IMG/VR virus record: IMGVR_UViG_3300002179_000002 | Coordinates: 1-64,000 of that record | Origin: a virus | Lineage: Duplodnaviria; Caudoviricetes | Length of the DNA stretch: 64,000 bases | Strand: one strand, 5' to 3' | In this document: positions 29,814 to 40,387 of the stretch, piece after piece | Numbering within the stretch: position 1 is the first letter of the stretch | Layout of the letters: each line of letters opens with the position of its first letter | The notes under the pieces: model-generated | What the model was told of the DNA's origin: nothing | Databases searched by the model: none | What the model saw: only the letters and a program-made list of their open reading frames with translations | Translations under genes and position numbers: made by a program

Positions 29814-30634
29814 GAGATGGCATTTATAAAGATTCTGATCCAACACTCAGAAAGTCTATTAACACAGGATATATCATAATACCTGAGAATGTAGATAGAG
29901 TGCAGTTTATAAAACAATGTCTTAGAACTGAATTGTTCTCTATTTTAGTTGAAGGCGGTGGAGGTATAGCACATAATTGTTATATCACTAAATCTGCACT
30001 TAGGGATGTTGAATTCCCTATTGAAAATAATACCCTTGGCAGTTGTGTAACTTTCTTTACTGAACCATTTGGTGGTAAAGCTATTATAACAGGAGTAATA
30101 TCAAAGGGTGAAGAAACTGGGTTAATTGAAGAGAGCACTATAGTATTTAAGAAGACTAAGAATGGAAACTATGCTTTATTATCAGTAGATGGTAATGGGC
30201 AGATAACAATTGATATAATAGGTACAGCACAACAGGGAAAACTCAATATTAATGTCAGGAATGATGACTACTCTGCTGAAGTTAACTTACATGTAAAAGG
30301 TAACATTAATATTTACACTGAAGGAAACATAGATATCAACACAGTTGGTGGAGATATTACAATGACAACAGATCAGACAATAAGTATGATGAATGGTGAC
30401 AATTCAGTGGTAGTTGATAAGACAGGTATTTCAATAGATTCAGGTAAAAAGGACATTCTGATATATAACGAGGATAGCAGTATAGGTATAACTGACTCAG
30501 GTATAGAACTTGATTCAAGCCAACCTATATTGATAAATGGTCAGAAGAATGTCCTCTATTCAAAAGTGCCAGATGCTACAGAGATATTAGATGTAAGCGA
30601 GATAGGAGTTTCAACAAAAGTAAAAGTAGGGTAA
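29804..30634 (+). CDS. Baseplate spike-like protein
   Basis: Beta-repeat-rich C-terminal half; follows the hub. Confidence 0.55.
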   Translation: MEVGDGIYKDSDPTLRKSINTGYIIIPENVDRVQFIKQCLRTELFSILVEGGGGIAHNCYITKSALRDVEFPIENNTLGSCVTFFTEPFGGKAIITGVISKGEETGLIEESTIVFKKTKNGNYALLSVDGNGQITIDIIGTAQQGKLNINVRNDDYSAEVNLHVKGNINIYTEGNIDINTVGGDITMTTDQTISMMNGDNSVVVDKTGISIDSGKKDILIYNEDSSIGITDSGIELDSSQPILINGQKNVLYSKVPDATEILDVSEIGVSTKVKVG

Positions 30635-30635
30635 G

Positions 30636-31022
30636 ATGAATCAAAAGATAAAGTTTCAGAAAGATTTAAAAGCTAAATTAGGTGTTACTATGACTCCTAA
30701 TATGGGTGTAAAAGAGATTCTGAGTGCGTTTAACAGACTTTCTTCTCCAGCCTTGAATAACCTACCGAGTAATATACAATCTATCGTTACAACTGCTAAA
30801 ATCGCCTTGCAAACAGCTGAAACAGCAAGAACTGCATATGCTACTGCAAAAAAGACATATGTAACTTGTCAAGCAGCAATTGAAACAGCTGCAGCAGTAA
30901 CAGCAGGACAATTACAACAACCAGCTTTGAAGGCGGGAGCAATGATAGCAAAGGTAGCAGAGGTGAAGCAAGACGACATTATTTATGGCTTGGGTAATAA
31001 ACTACTGGACTCTTTAAGTTAA
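30636..31022 (+). CDS. Hypothetical Ala-rich helical protein
   Basis: ORF track; within the baseplate operon. Confidence 0.55.
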   Translation: MNQKIKFQKDLKAKLGVTMTPNMGVKEILSAFNRLSSPALNNLPSNIQSIVTTAKIALQTAETARTAYATAKKTYVTCQAAIETAAAVTAGQLQQPALKAGAMIAKVAEVKQDDIIYGLGNKLLDSLS

Positions 31023-31058
31023 TTTTAAAAGTAAAGAAAATTTAATTAATTTTATAAC

Positions 31059-31808
31059 ATGATTACTGATCAAATTTTCGGGGCAGCATCAAAGATTCTT
31101 TCACAAGTTGGGAAAGATGCTTTACACAATCAATATCCACGGGATTTTGAGGTGTATATGTGTGCTCTGGAATTAGTTGGTTATGATAATCACACTGTTG
31201 ATTATTTCTCATTCCCTATTATGCCAAAGTCTATAACTAAGACTGAAGCAGAAGCTACCACAATACAAACTTCTTTCTCAGGGATAACAGTATTTAATAA
31301 ATCAGGATTTATCCCAAAAGAACTTAATATACAAGGAGATTTTGGGAGATCACTTAAACTCACTTCATTTGAACAGGATGCCTTCTCAAAAGGATATGCA
31401 TATTCAATGGACATGGGATATTATACTGCGGATGATGTCAACTCAGGAAAGTCAAATAAGGTTAAAGAGTTTCCATTTGGAATAAAGACAGGATATGGGT
31501 GTAGTAAGGTGTTGCAGTCAATTATAGATAAAGCAAAAGCACACGATCCTTCAGGGCAGACATACAAGCTGTTTTTTTATAATCCAGCACTTGGTGAATC
31601 CTATTTAGTAGTGCCTTCAAAGAATCCTTTGACTTGGTCACAGAATGAATCCACCAACATGATATGGCAATATACTTTGAATCTTATTGCAATAGCTAAT
31701 ATGTCGGATGTAGGTGGTTTATATAAAAACAATAAGAAGTCTTTACAATACAGTTTTGGTTTAGATAAGGTGGTAAGAAGTCTCACTTCAATGAAAAACA
31801 TATACTAA
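31059..31808 (+). CDS. Baseplate/tube-initiator-like protein
   Basis: FPIMP.SI, I.GDFG, WQYTLNL motifs; synteny. Confidence 0.55.
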   Translation: MITDQIFGAASKILSQVGKDALHNQYPRDFEVYMCALELVGYDNHTVDYFSFPIMPKSITKTEAEATTIQTSFSGITVFNKSGFIPKELNIQGDFGRSLKLTSFEQDAFSKGYAYSMDMGYYTADDVNSGKSNKVKEFPFGIKTGYGCSKVLQSIIDKAKAHDPSGQTYKLFFYNPALGESYLVVPSKNPLTWSQNESTNMIWQYTLNLIAIANMSDVGGLYKNNKKSLQYSFGLDKVVRSLTSMKNIY

Positions 31809-32710
31809 TGACTATTATAGAAAAGTTCACCAAAGTAACAAATTATGATCTGCAGAAATTCTTTGCAGACTATAATACTTTTCTGAGCAATGATATAAGT
31901 TCATTGGTATCATATTTTAAGGGTGGATCAAGTCTTAATAAGACAGCATTTTCAGAGCTTGTTAGATTAACTTCCGAATCAAATAAGATAGAACACATCA
32001 TATCTATATTCAACACTGGACTCTCTGCTACTACAGAATTTTGGGACTTGATTGATAACTTATCAGAAGTAAAGACAAGACTTGAGACAACTATCAACTT
32101 AGCCAAGTGGACGCGTTCATCTTATGTTTATGGCTATGATGGACAGTCAAAGTTCAAATACATATTGAAGCAGAATCAGACCTTTGAGAACTTATCCAAG
32201 GAGCTTGGTAATGCTGATCCTAATCAAGATTGGATTGATCTGGCAGTAGCAAATGGTGTGATGGAACTAGATTATACTAGAGCAGGTGGGAATGTGTTAG
32301 ACCTAAGTAAAACCGATAATACGCTATATAATATCACCACTGTTGTTGATGTGATGGTAGGAGATAATATTCTTGGTAAAGACATGCAAAGGAAAGTAGA
32401 GATATTGGATGATGACTTTGTATCACTCACTACTCAAGACACCATGGAGCAGTCAGCAGAGATTTGTTTAGGGGTGACTCAAGGCAGTGTTCCAGAATAT
32501 CAGAGTCTTGGCTACCCTAAAGATTTAGTTGGCTCAAATATAAATGCATTGAGATTCAGTTCACTTATGAGAGATGTTCAGAATAATTTTAAGACTGATG
32601 ATTCTTTTGCAAGTGTAGAAATGATAGATAACCAAGTTGATCAAGATGCAGCATTCTATACATTTCAGATAACTTCTCGATTAAACAATCAGATAAATAA
32701 AACTTTATAA
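31808..32710 (+). CDS. Baseplate protein (LysM-like middle, gp25-like C-terminus)
   Basis: YILKQNQTFE...WIDLAVAN; GSVPEY..LG. Confidence 0.55.
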   Translation: MTIIEKFTKVTNYDLQKFFADYNTFLSNDISSLVSYFKGGSSLNKTAFSELVRLTSESNKIEHIISIFNTGLSATTEFWDLIDNLSEVKTRLETTINLAKWTRSSYVYGYDGQSKFKYILKQNQTFENLSKELGNADPNQDWIDLAVANGVMELDYTRAGGNVLDLSKTDNTLYNITTVVDVMVGDNILGKDMQRKVEILDDDFVSLTTQDTMEQSAEICLGVTQGSVPEYQSLGYPKDLVGSNINALRFSSLMRDVQNNFKTDDSFASVEMIDNQVDQDAAFYTFQITSRLNNQINKTL

Positions 32711-33885
32711 TGGTAGACAAGTTATTAACCAATGTACTCCCTATTCCAGACTTAAAGGAGATCTATATAGAGACACTGTTAAATCACACAAGCAAGATCT
32801 CAAAGATATCAGATCTGTCTGTGGTGAACGCACATGCATTCGGTGTCTCTAAAATATTTCAAAAGAATTTAAAGGATGTGGCAATTTTGGAGTCACAGGT
32901 ATTTCCAGAATTGAGTTCAGGAACATATTTGGATAATGCTGCCAAACTTGTAGGATCAATACAGAGACTATCGGCATCAGGGTCATCTACATTTGTTTTA
33001 GTAATAGCTGAACCAGCCACAGTATATGTCCCAGGAGAATCAAGTTTCACTTCAAATCAAGGTGTAGCATTCAGTATAACAGAGTTAATCGTAGTTGGAA
33101 TTAATGGTTATGCTTATATCCCAGTAAGAAGCTATTCGGTTGGTGTTAATACAAATGTAAATGCTCTGACAATAAATAGTATCACTTCACCTCCTATTGG
33201 CCATATAAGCTGTACTAACGAGTATTCTGCTACGGGAGGGCGAGATGCAGAGAATGATGAAGACTTTAAATTAAGAATCTCAACTTTTAGTCAATTTGCT
33301 GCTAAGAGCAATTTTGATAATATGATTGATAATCTGAGAACTTTAGATGCCGACATATTAGATATAAAGAGAGCAGGATATACTGAAGACGGGCAGATAA
33401 AACTGAATATAGTTACTTGTAATGGTAAGTCATTCACTGTCGATGAATTAAATGCATTTGAGAATCAGTTAAGTTCTTTTATGTCACTATCAGATGTAGA
33501 TGAACAATCAGGGGTGCTAGGTGTGAAACTCGGTAATATTGAGTGGCATTCTGTAGGTGGAACAGGTGGTGTTGATTTTAGAATTGATCTTCAGTCTGGT
33601 TACTCAGAGACAGATGTAAGAAAAGCCATACAAGTACAGATGACTAAGTACTTTGATTTTAGATTCTGGACAAAGACAAAAATAGAGTGGGATGACCTGT
33701 TACAAATAGTCAAGAGTATTGCAGGAGTCAAATATGTGCCAGATGAATACTTCCTACCACATGTCGATACAAGTGTAGCTACAACTAAACTGCCAAGAGT
33801 GATTAAATTCATAATGAGAGACATGTTAGGCAATATATTGTATGATAACAATAGTGCAATTTTACCTATTTATTACAACGTGTAA
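32710..33885 (+). CDS. Baseplate J-like wedge protein
   Basis: GTYLD, GVNTNV, ATGGRDAENDEDFKLRI. Confidence 0.85.
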   Translation: MVDKLLTNVLPIPDLKEIYIETLLNHTSKISKISDLSVVNAHAFGVSKIFQKNLKDVAILESQVFPELSSGTYLDNAAKLVGSIQRLSASGSSTFVLVIAEPATVYVPGESSFTSNQGVAFSITELIVVGINGYAYIPVRSYSVGVNTNVNALTINSITSPPIGHISCTNEYSATGGRDAENDEDFKLRISTFSQFAAKSNFDNMIDNLRTLDADILDIKRAGYTEDGQIKLNIVTCNGKSFTVDELNAFENQLSSFMSLSDVDEQSGVLGVKLGNIEWHSVGGTGGVDFRIDLQSGYSETDVRKAIQVQMTKYFDFRFWTKTKIEWDDLLQIVKSIAGVKYVPDEYFLPHVDTSVATTKLPRVIKFIMRDMLGNILYDNNSAILPIYYNV

Positions 33886-34766
33886 TGGAAGACATTCAAA
33901 AATCAATTCAAGACAGTTTCGATCTACAGAAAGAGTGGATTGAAAAATCTATTGAAGGAGTTGTTGGTGAAATCAGATTCTGGGGTGGTGAGAGATATCA
34001 GAAACAATCTGATAAATCTTGGAAGAGAATAAGTTTAAAAGATACTTTCGTTGAAATAGATAATTTGACTGAAGGCAACTCAACACTTAGATGGTTATTT
34101 TATAATATGTCAATGTTTGATCAAACTTCAATACCATTCAAAAACAAAAAATTTATTTACAAGTCAATTTATCCATTAAAATCAAAATATAAGATAAAGG
34201 GAGATAAATATTGGTTAATTGACTTGAATGATAACACTAAATATGCTGGGGCAAATAGTAATACTATGGAACTTAATCCATATTATTTTATAGATCTTGA
34301 TGCATTTGAAGTATTGATAGATAAAGATATTAGAGATAATCATCATCCTAAAGTCAAAAATAAAATTCAATCGCTTATATATCATGAGTTTTCTCATTCT
34401 TTAACACAATCTGATATAAAGTTTAAAAGTGGTTCATTTAATGAACTATCTACTATTTACAATGAATACGTAAGCGAAGTTGTGAGTGCTAGAAATAAAA
34501 TTAAAGATGAGATAATCACTCTATCAAATACTATTACAACTTTGAGTTCAGGTACAGAAAGAGATACTTTAATCAGTGGTCTTAGAGTACTAAGTAGTGA
34601 ACTTACAGAACTAACAATAAATAATAATCAATTTGTTTCTGAATACGCAGAACAAGATGTAGATGAGTTTACATCGGAATGTTTTGCAATGACAGCAGAT
34701 TCAGATTGTAAGAATAAATATGCTTTGAAAGTTAAACAAGTAATCAATAAATACTATAAGAAATAA
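33885..34766 (+). CDS. Putative head cargo protein with HExxH zincin-like domain
   Basis: Leader MEDIQKSIQDSFDLQKEWIEKS; HEFSH and VSEYA...EFTSECFA. Confidence 0.65.
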   Translation: MEDIQKSIQDSFDLQKEWIEKSIEGVVGEIRFWGGERYQKQSDKSWKRISLKDTFVEIDNLTEGNSTLRWLFYNMSMFDQTSIPFKNKKFIYKSIYPLKSKYKIKGDKYWLIDLNDNTKYAGANSNTMELNPYYFIDLDAFEVLIDKDIRDNHHPKVKNKIQSLIYHEFSHSLTQSDIKFKSGSFNELSTIYNEYVSEVVSARNKIKDEIITLSNTITTLSSGTERDTLISGLRVLSSELTELTINNNQFVSEYAEQDVDEFTSECFAMTADSDCKNKYALKVKQVINKYYKK

Positions 34767-34969
34767 TGTTTAGATCTCCAGATTGTTACGATTGTAAATA
34801 TAAAATATGTCTTCATGGGATTCATATTTGTGAAGCTTTTTTTAATGGTATTCCTAATGAAATATTTTTTAAGGGAGTGAAACATGATAAAAAGATGTTT
34901 GATCAAACTAATGATCTTATTTTTGAATTAGAAGAAAAACCTGCTATCTCTGATGATAAAACGATATAA
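34766..34969 (+). CDS. Small Cys-rich partner protein
   Basis: CYDC...CEAFFNGIPNEI...H; coupled to the zincin gene. Confidence 0.6.
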   Translation: MFRSPDCYDCKYKICLHGIHICEAFFNGIPNEIFFKGVKHDKKMFDQTNDLIFELEEKPAISDDKTI

Positions 34970-36746
34970 CAAGACATCTTTGTCTGACTTCTTTAAGTAC
35001 AATGACCCACAGATAGCTGCGTGGGCAGATAATGTATATGAGAAGATTAGACAATCAGGTGAATTGGCTAATTATATAGAAAGAGAGAAGGCAAGTAGGG
35101 AACATTTCACTGTGGTGGATGGAACAACTAATCCTCCTATTGAAGTGGTAGATGATAGATTCACTTTTGGTCAAGCATATTCGGGAGATTTACTTACTAT
35201 AGATAATAGTTTGAGAGAGAATATTGGCAGAATATATGATATAGAATTTGAACTCCTATTCAACGAGATAAGTTTTATTGATATATTTCTGATGGATAGT
35301 AATATAGTCATTCATAATACTCCGTCTATTGTCATACATGGATTGACCTTTAGCGGATTCACTGCTTTCAATACAGGTCAGATTTATCAGATAAGAATAT
35401 CAAGAGTAAACAATACAGTAAGTCTTTATATTGACAAAGTATTGATTGGGACAAGTCTTTTAAGTTCAGACATTGATACAGAATTCACTGTTTTATATAG
35501 TTCAGATCAAGGAGCACTACCAGACAACTTCACATTATCAGTAAACTCATTGACGCCTAATAGTGGGGTTACTATAACTACTTCTAATCTCGACATAAAC
35601 GGAGACTCAGACGGCAATACTCAATTCAATAGGATATATGCACATGGAACAGCTGTAACGTTCACAGCGCCTCTAACTACGCCAGATAACAACTTCAAAC
35701 GTTGGATACTTGATGGGATAAATCAGCCACAGGGACTGAGAACAATGACTGTAATTATGAACGCAAATCATACTATTACAGCATTATTCGTCATACCAAC
35801 TCTATTTTATAATGCTGAGAGAAGTCAGACATTCACAAGAAACAATTGTATTGGGGGATTAATAGGTAGCGACGTACCATATGTAGTAGCGGCTGGTTCG
35901 TATTCATCTTTGATAAGCCAAGCAGATGCCGATGCTCAGGCTGCAGCAGATATCGCTTCTAACGGTCAGACTTATGCCAATGATAATGGTACTTGCTCAG
36001 TGGTTTATTGGAATGTAGAAGAATCACAAGCTTTCACAAGAAATGATTGTGAGATAGGTTATTCTGGTTCATCAGAGACATATGTAGTAGCGGCACACAC
36101 CTATTCATCATTTATAAGTCAGATAGACGCCAATAATCAAGCACTTGCTGAAATAGCTGTTAACGGTCAAATTTATGCAAATGTACACGGCACTTGTGGT
36201 ATCTATTTCAATGTAGAAGTCTCAAACGAATATACGAGAGACGATTGTGGATCTGGTTACGTAGGTTCAACAGAATTATATACTGTATCTGCGGGAACAT
36301 ATAGCTCAGCAATAAGTCAAGTTGATGCAGATAGTAAAGCAACTGCTGATATGGCAGTCAATGGTCAGAACTACGCCAATACAAACGGAACTTGTACGGT
36401 GATGGTGATAGGCTTAGTCAATTGGTCGTTTGCAGCAGGGATGTCAACTCCAGATAAATATCTGAAAGTCTGGATTAATGGAAATCCTGTTGTAAATGTT
36501 ACAGAGACCGCTTCAAGTAATTTCCATCTATATGAAGGAGATATTGTAATCGTTGAAGCTAAATCAGCTAGTAGTGGAGATTTTTATGGTGAAAGCGTAG
36601 ATTTAGTAATAACTGGAAGCGGAACATTTGTTAACTATAGCGAATCAATAGATGGTTTTAATCAAATACTAACGCATACATTTACTTGGACAACCGCTAA
36701 TGGCACCATAACAATATTAAGTAGAATACCAACAGTTTTAGAATAA
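34953..36746 (+). CDS. Baseplate-associated protein with LamG-like part, B-repeat-like domain and three DUF5977-like repeats
   Basis: Three repeats of about 66 aa, FTRNxC..G..GS...Y.V.A..YSS.ISQ.DA...NGQ.YAN..GTC. Confidence 0.7.
   Translation: MIKRYNKTSLSDFFKYNDPQIAAWADNVYEKIRQSGELANYIEREKASREHFTVVDGTTNPPIEVVDDRFTFGQAYSGDLLTIDNSLRENIGRIYDIEFELLFNEISFIDIFLMDSNIVIHNTPSIVIHGLTFSGFTAFNTGQIYQIRISRVNNTVSLYIDKVLIGTSLLSSDIDTEFTVLYSSDQGALPDNFTLSVNSLTPNSGVTITTSNLDINGDSDGNTQFNRIYAHGTAVTFTAPLTTPDNNFKRWILDGINQPQGLRTMTVIMNANHTITALFVIPTLFYNAERSQTFTRNNCIGGLIGSDVPYVVAAGSYSSLISQADADAQAAADIASNGQTYANDNGTCSVVYWNVEESQAFTRNDCEIGYSGSSETYVVAAHTYSSFISQIDANNQALAEIAVNGQIYANVHGTCGIYFNVEVSNEYTRDDCGSGYVGSTELYTVSAGTYSSAISQVDADSKATADMAVNGQNYANTNGTCTVMVIGLVNWSFAAGMSTPDKYLKVWINGNPVVNVTETASSNFHLYEGDIVIVEAKSASSGDFYGESVDLVITGSGTFVNYSESIDGFNQILTHTFTWTTANGTITILSRIPTVLE
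35805..36398 (+). repeat. Three tandem ~200-nt DUF5977-like coding repeats
   Basis: Units start near 35805, 36006 and 36204. Confidence 0.8.
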
Positions 36747-36750
36747 CAAT

Positions 36751-38742
36751 ATGTCAACATATATAGCTAACATAAAAGTAACAAGTCAAGATGTCATCAA
36801 GAACTGGTGGAAGCTCAACTATGTCAATATAGGTGATAAATTCACTGATGTTGGAGAGGGAGATGTTGACTTCTACACCTATTGGTATTCTATCTGTTAT
36901 TATGCAGCAATGCTCAATGCCTACAAACAGATATTCAGAGATGTAAGTGAATATCAAGAGATGATGCGAAGGTTCTTGCAGTCAAGAGATATCGCTTTCA
37001 TTAATGATTCCGCATTAGATACTCTTGCTTATCTATATGATAATTGGGTTGAGGAAATACAGAAGAGAGGGACGATAAAGGTAAATGACTTCAAAGGACA
37101 GTCTGAAGAGAATGGATTAACTGATTATACTGATGCTGGAGTAATTGCTGATGATACTTTCAATAATGAAGGAATAGGCCTATTTGTTGGTAGTAATAGT
37201 TTGGAGGGATTACTCTTGACAGGGATTGGCTTAGGAGAGTATCACTCAATACAATTTGATACTTTACTTTCAGATCCAAATGACGCACAGATAGCAATAA
37301 ATGGCACCTTGCTCAATGGTTTAAACACCGGGATAACTATTCTAAACAATAATACTCCTACAAATGGCATAGCTTCATACAATATCATTTATAAGTGCAA
37401 TAGTATAAGTACGGCCTTCACTCTAAATTTAGATGTGAGAATATTAAACACTATTAAGTTTGTACGTAACTCAGATAAGATCTCATTATACGTCAATGGT
37501 TCATTCATCGAATCTAAGATAGCAGCTTTCACGGTCTTCTCACCGTTCGATGCAGCATATCTATTTTTAGGTGTTCTACCTATTATAGCAAATATTGAGG
37601 TGGTACAGAAAGATATTGATTTCAATAACATCGCCACTACTACTTGGAAGTGTAATGAGGGTTCTGGATTCACATTAGAGAGTAATCACTCGCCCGTGAA
37701 CTCAGCAGTGTTGAATATTGCTAATGATATAGACTGGGAGACGCTCTGGGTGAGAGATGGCAGACTGCAGAATACTAATTACATAGGCATAGATGGAGAA
37801 TTAAAAAGGATATTGAATTATAGTTTTGGTGAATGCCTGAATGAACTTATCTCAACCTCTGAGATGGGATTGGTGCTAGATGTTAGTTCACCTATCTCAG
37901 AAGAAGCAAGTTGCTGGAATCTCAATAAAATGTATGGCAAAGGATCGGTTGATAGATTGAGTAAATTTCCTTTGATATTTTCTGCAGCTATTAAACCTTA
38001 CATTGAGAATGACAGAATCAAATATGCTATCCCAGATTCTAATACAGACTTCTGGGGAATAAATGCTCAATTAGTGACCCCTTCAGATTGGAAGACACTT
38101 GCGAGCATGAAGCCACTCGGAGCAATACCATTTATGCCAATACCTGTAGCTTCAGGATTGGATGAGATAGAGGGATATGAGATAAGTTTTGTTATACAAT
38201 CGAGTGAGAATATAAATATCAAGTTTGGACTACTGCCGTATGACTCGGAATATGTGCTGATGACAAACACCATGAAGGGCACCTCAGCAAGTCTGTTCAA
38301 CAATATGTTTTTAGACGAGACTAATTTCAGTTTGTGCAAGAATAGAGATCTTTGGATCAGAGGAGTCTACACTTTGACACACGATGTCAACGTAAGCCAG
38401 AAGCTCAATATCAATTTTGGGACTAATCTATATAATATACTTGTCACGGATGATGTCAAATTCCTGCTACCTATTATAGCATTCGCAGGAGTTAGTTTAG
38501 AGACATTTGACGAAACATTTGATCAGACATTTGATCAAGTACTGCACACAACGGTAGTTCAAATAAAAGACTTAGTATTTAGACCATTATCATTGAACAC
38601 AAGTAAGGGAGTAGTTCAGAATAAGAATAAGATGATAAGCTTTATAAAGAATAATTCAGGGCAATCACAAGATTCGATAAGTAAGTTCATCAATGAGAAG
38701 TTGATACCATATAACTGCACAAACAATATTAAATATTTATAA
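36751..38742 (+). CDS. Baseplate wedge-type protein with internal LamG-like domain
   Basis: EEIQKRGT...DGELKRIL wedge-like motif; WKCNEGSG. Confidence 0.55.
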   Translation: MSTYIANIKVTSQDVIKNWWKLNYVNIGDKFTDVGEGDVDFYTYWYSICYYAAMLNAYKQIFRDVSEYQEMMRRFLQSRDIAFINDSALDTLAYLYDNWVEEIQKRGTIKVNDFKGQSEENGLTDYTDAGVIADDTFNNEGIGLFVGSNSLEGLLLTGIGLGEYHSIQFDTLLSDPNDAQIAINGTLLNGLNTGITILNNNTPTNGIASYNIIYKCNSISTAFTLNLDVRILNTIKFVRNSDKISLYVNGSFIESKIAAFTVFSPFDAAYLFLGVLPIIANIEVVQKDIDFNNIATTTWKCNEGSGFTLESNHSPVNSAVLNIANDIDWETLWVRDGRLQNTNYIGIDGELKRILNYSFGECLNELISTSEMGLVLDVSSPISEEASCWNLNKMYGKGSVDRLSKFPLIFSAAIKPYIENDRIKYAIPDSNTDFWGINAQLVTPSDWKTLASMKPLGAIPFMPIPVASGLDEIEGYEISFVIQSSENINIKFGLLPYDSEYVLMTNTMKGTSASLFNNMFLDETNFSLCKNRDLWIRGVYTLTHDVNVSQKLNINFGTNLYNILVTDDVKFLLPIIAFAGVSLETFDETFDQTFDQVLHTTVVQIKDLVFRPLSLNTSKGVVQNKNKMISFIKNNSGQSQDSISKFINEKLIPYNCTNNIKYL

Positions 38743-38743
38743 T

Positions 38744-40381
38744 ATGACACCAAATTTCAATGGCAAACAAATAATCTCAAAGGAAGAGCTGACAGCTTGG
38801 GATGAATCTCTACGAGAACTCCTCGGGAACGTATTGTTTTATAATCGCAATACAGCTCAAGTTGGCGGTATACTTGATGCATATGACACTGATACACTTA
38901 CATATATAAATGATTTCTTTAGTGTGAGTGTAGGATCCATACCAAGTAGTGGTTTCAATACTCTGAAGATAGGTATTGGGAGAGGGGTTTTAGATGTCAA
39001 GAATACTACAACCGAAGAGATATCTGGGTTAGTCACAAATAATAATTCGCTAAAGAATTCGCTTGTCTCATTATTCAAATGGGCAGAGACTGACAATATA
39101 GTCATTGATGGAATATCTGGATATACTTCTGGTAATGTCATTTATTTTGGATTCATACCAGTTTGGAATCCACTTGAAGCTGGTTTATGCTCTATCACTT
39201 CAGCTAATCAAGTTAGCATCTCAGGAGGTGATTTCGATAAGGTAAGAGGACAGTCAACTAAGAACCCTACTAAAGTGCGCTTCTATCAAGAGAATGGTTC
39301 TCCCGCAAGTAATGATGATATATACGAGGTGATATCAGTTGATCATACTGCAAATACTTTGATTATCTCAGGCGCAGTCAATACAGAAGGCAATTTGAAG
39401 ATGATGATAGTGGGATCATATGATCTATCAGCACAAGGCAGTTTGACTGATGTTTTTGCATATGTAAAGGCAGAGGGCAAACTTACATTCTCAGCAACAG
39501 CAAGTGATATCACTGGAGTAGGTGGTTTTATAATTGGCAGTCTTACTTTTGGTTCAGCAGGAGCATTCACTATAAATGATTTACGTTCGGCAAATTTGTT
39601 CCAGTTCGCATACTCGCCTGACATTGTCTATAAGAGCCTTGACCAGACTATAACTGGACAGAAGACCTTTACTACCAAGAGTCCAGAATTTGGAATACCC
39701 GTTGTAGATATACCTAATACAGCTACTTTTGCTTCACCATTACTTTTAAATACAGTTAGTGGTAATCTGAAGACAATCACAATACCTACAACAGAGGGAA
39801 GTGTGTTTATGATTAAAGCAAATAGTATTAGTAATTTGAATATCTTAAAGTATATCAAATTCGCAGGGACACTTGAGGCAGGTAAACGTTTCTACTTATT
39901 GATAGACCCAACAGGTTCTGACCTTATTATAGAGGCAAGCACTGACCAGTATGGCATTCTTAGTTATGATAATTTTGGTGCTCTCTCAGGACTGACAATA
40001 ACGAGAGGTAATACATTAGAATTTTGGGCAGATTCTAATTTAATTTGGCATTTACACAATGTGGTGTCACAGGCATTCTCAACGATATCTTTAGCAAAGG
40101 GATCATTCTTAGCTAGTGGAGCTGAGCATATAACAGACCCTGCTATAGCAACAGTTATTACTATACCAATTGGTTCAACGCTTCCTACAATTAGTTATCA
40201 AGTATTTTTAACAGTAGTATCGAGATCATTAAGTGGTGGTAGCCCAAATCCCGGCAATGATGATCTCGTTGCCCATGGAGTAAAGAATACATTGACATAT
40301 ACTTCTTTTGGAGTTTCATTTTTGGAATTCACTTCTAATGTTCAAGATGTAGACTTAGAATGGATAATTTTTGCTAAATAA
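38744..40381 (+). CDS. Baseplate/tail fibre protein
   Basis: DQTITGQKTF fibre motif; end of the tail operon. Confidence 0.6.
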   Translation: MTPNFNGKQIISKEELTAWDESLRELLGNVLFYNRNTAQVGGILDAYDTDTLTYINDFFSVSVGSIPSSGFNTLKIGIGRGVLDVKNTTTEEISGLVTNNNSLKNSLVSLFKWAETDNIVIDGISGYTSGNVIYFGFIPVWNPLEAGLCSITSANQVSISGGDFDKVRGQSTKNPTKVRFYQENGSPASNDDIYEVISVDHTANTLIISGAVNTEGNLKMMIVGSYDLSAQGSLTDVFAYVKAEGKLTFSATASDITGVGGFIIGSLTFGSAGAFTINDLRSANLFQFAYSPDIVYKSLDQTITGQKTFTTKSPEFGIPVVDIPNTATFASPLLLNTVSGNLKTITIPTTEGSVFMIKANSISNLNILKYIKFAGTLEAGKRFYLLIDPTGSDLIIEASTDQYGILSYDNFGALSGLTITRGNTLEFWADSNLIWHLHNVVSQAFSTISLAKGSFLASGAEHITDPAIATVITIPIGSTLPTISYQVFLTVVSRSLSGGSPNPGNDDLVAHGVKNTLTYTSFGVSFLEFTSNVQDVDLEWIIFAK

Positions 40382-40387
40382 TAAGAT

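Noticed and set aside
35805-36398. CRISPR array or diversity-generating retroelement repeat
   Set aside because: The repeats are diverged in-frame protein domains. There are no identical repeats with spacers, no adenine-specific variation and no reverse transcriptase in the window.
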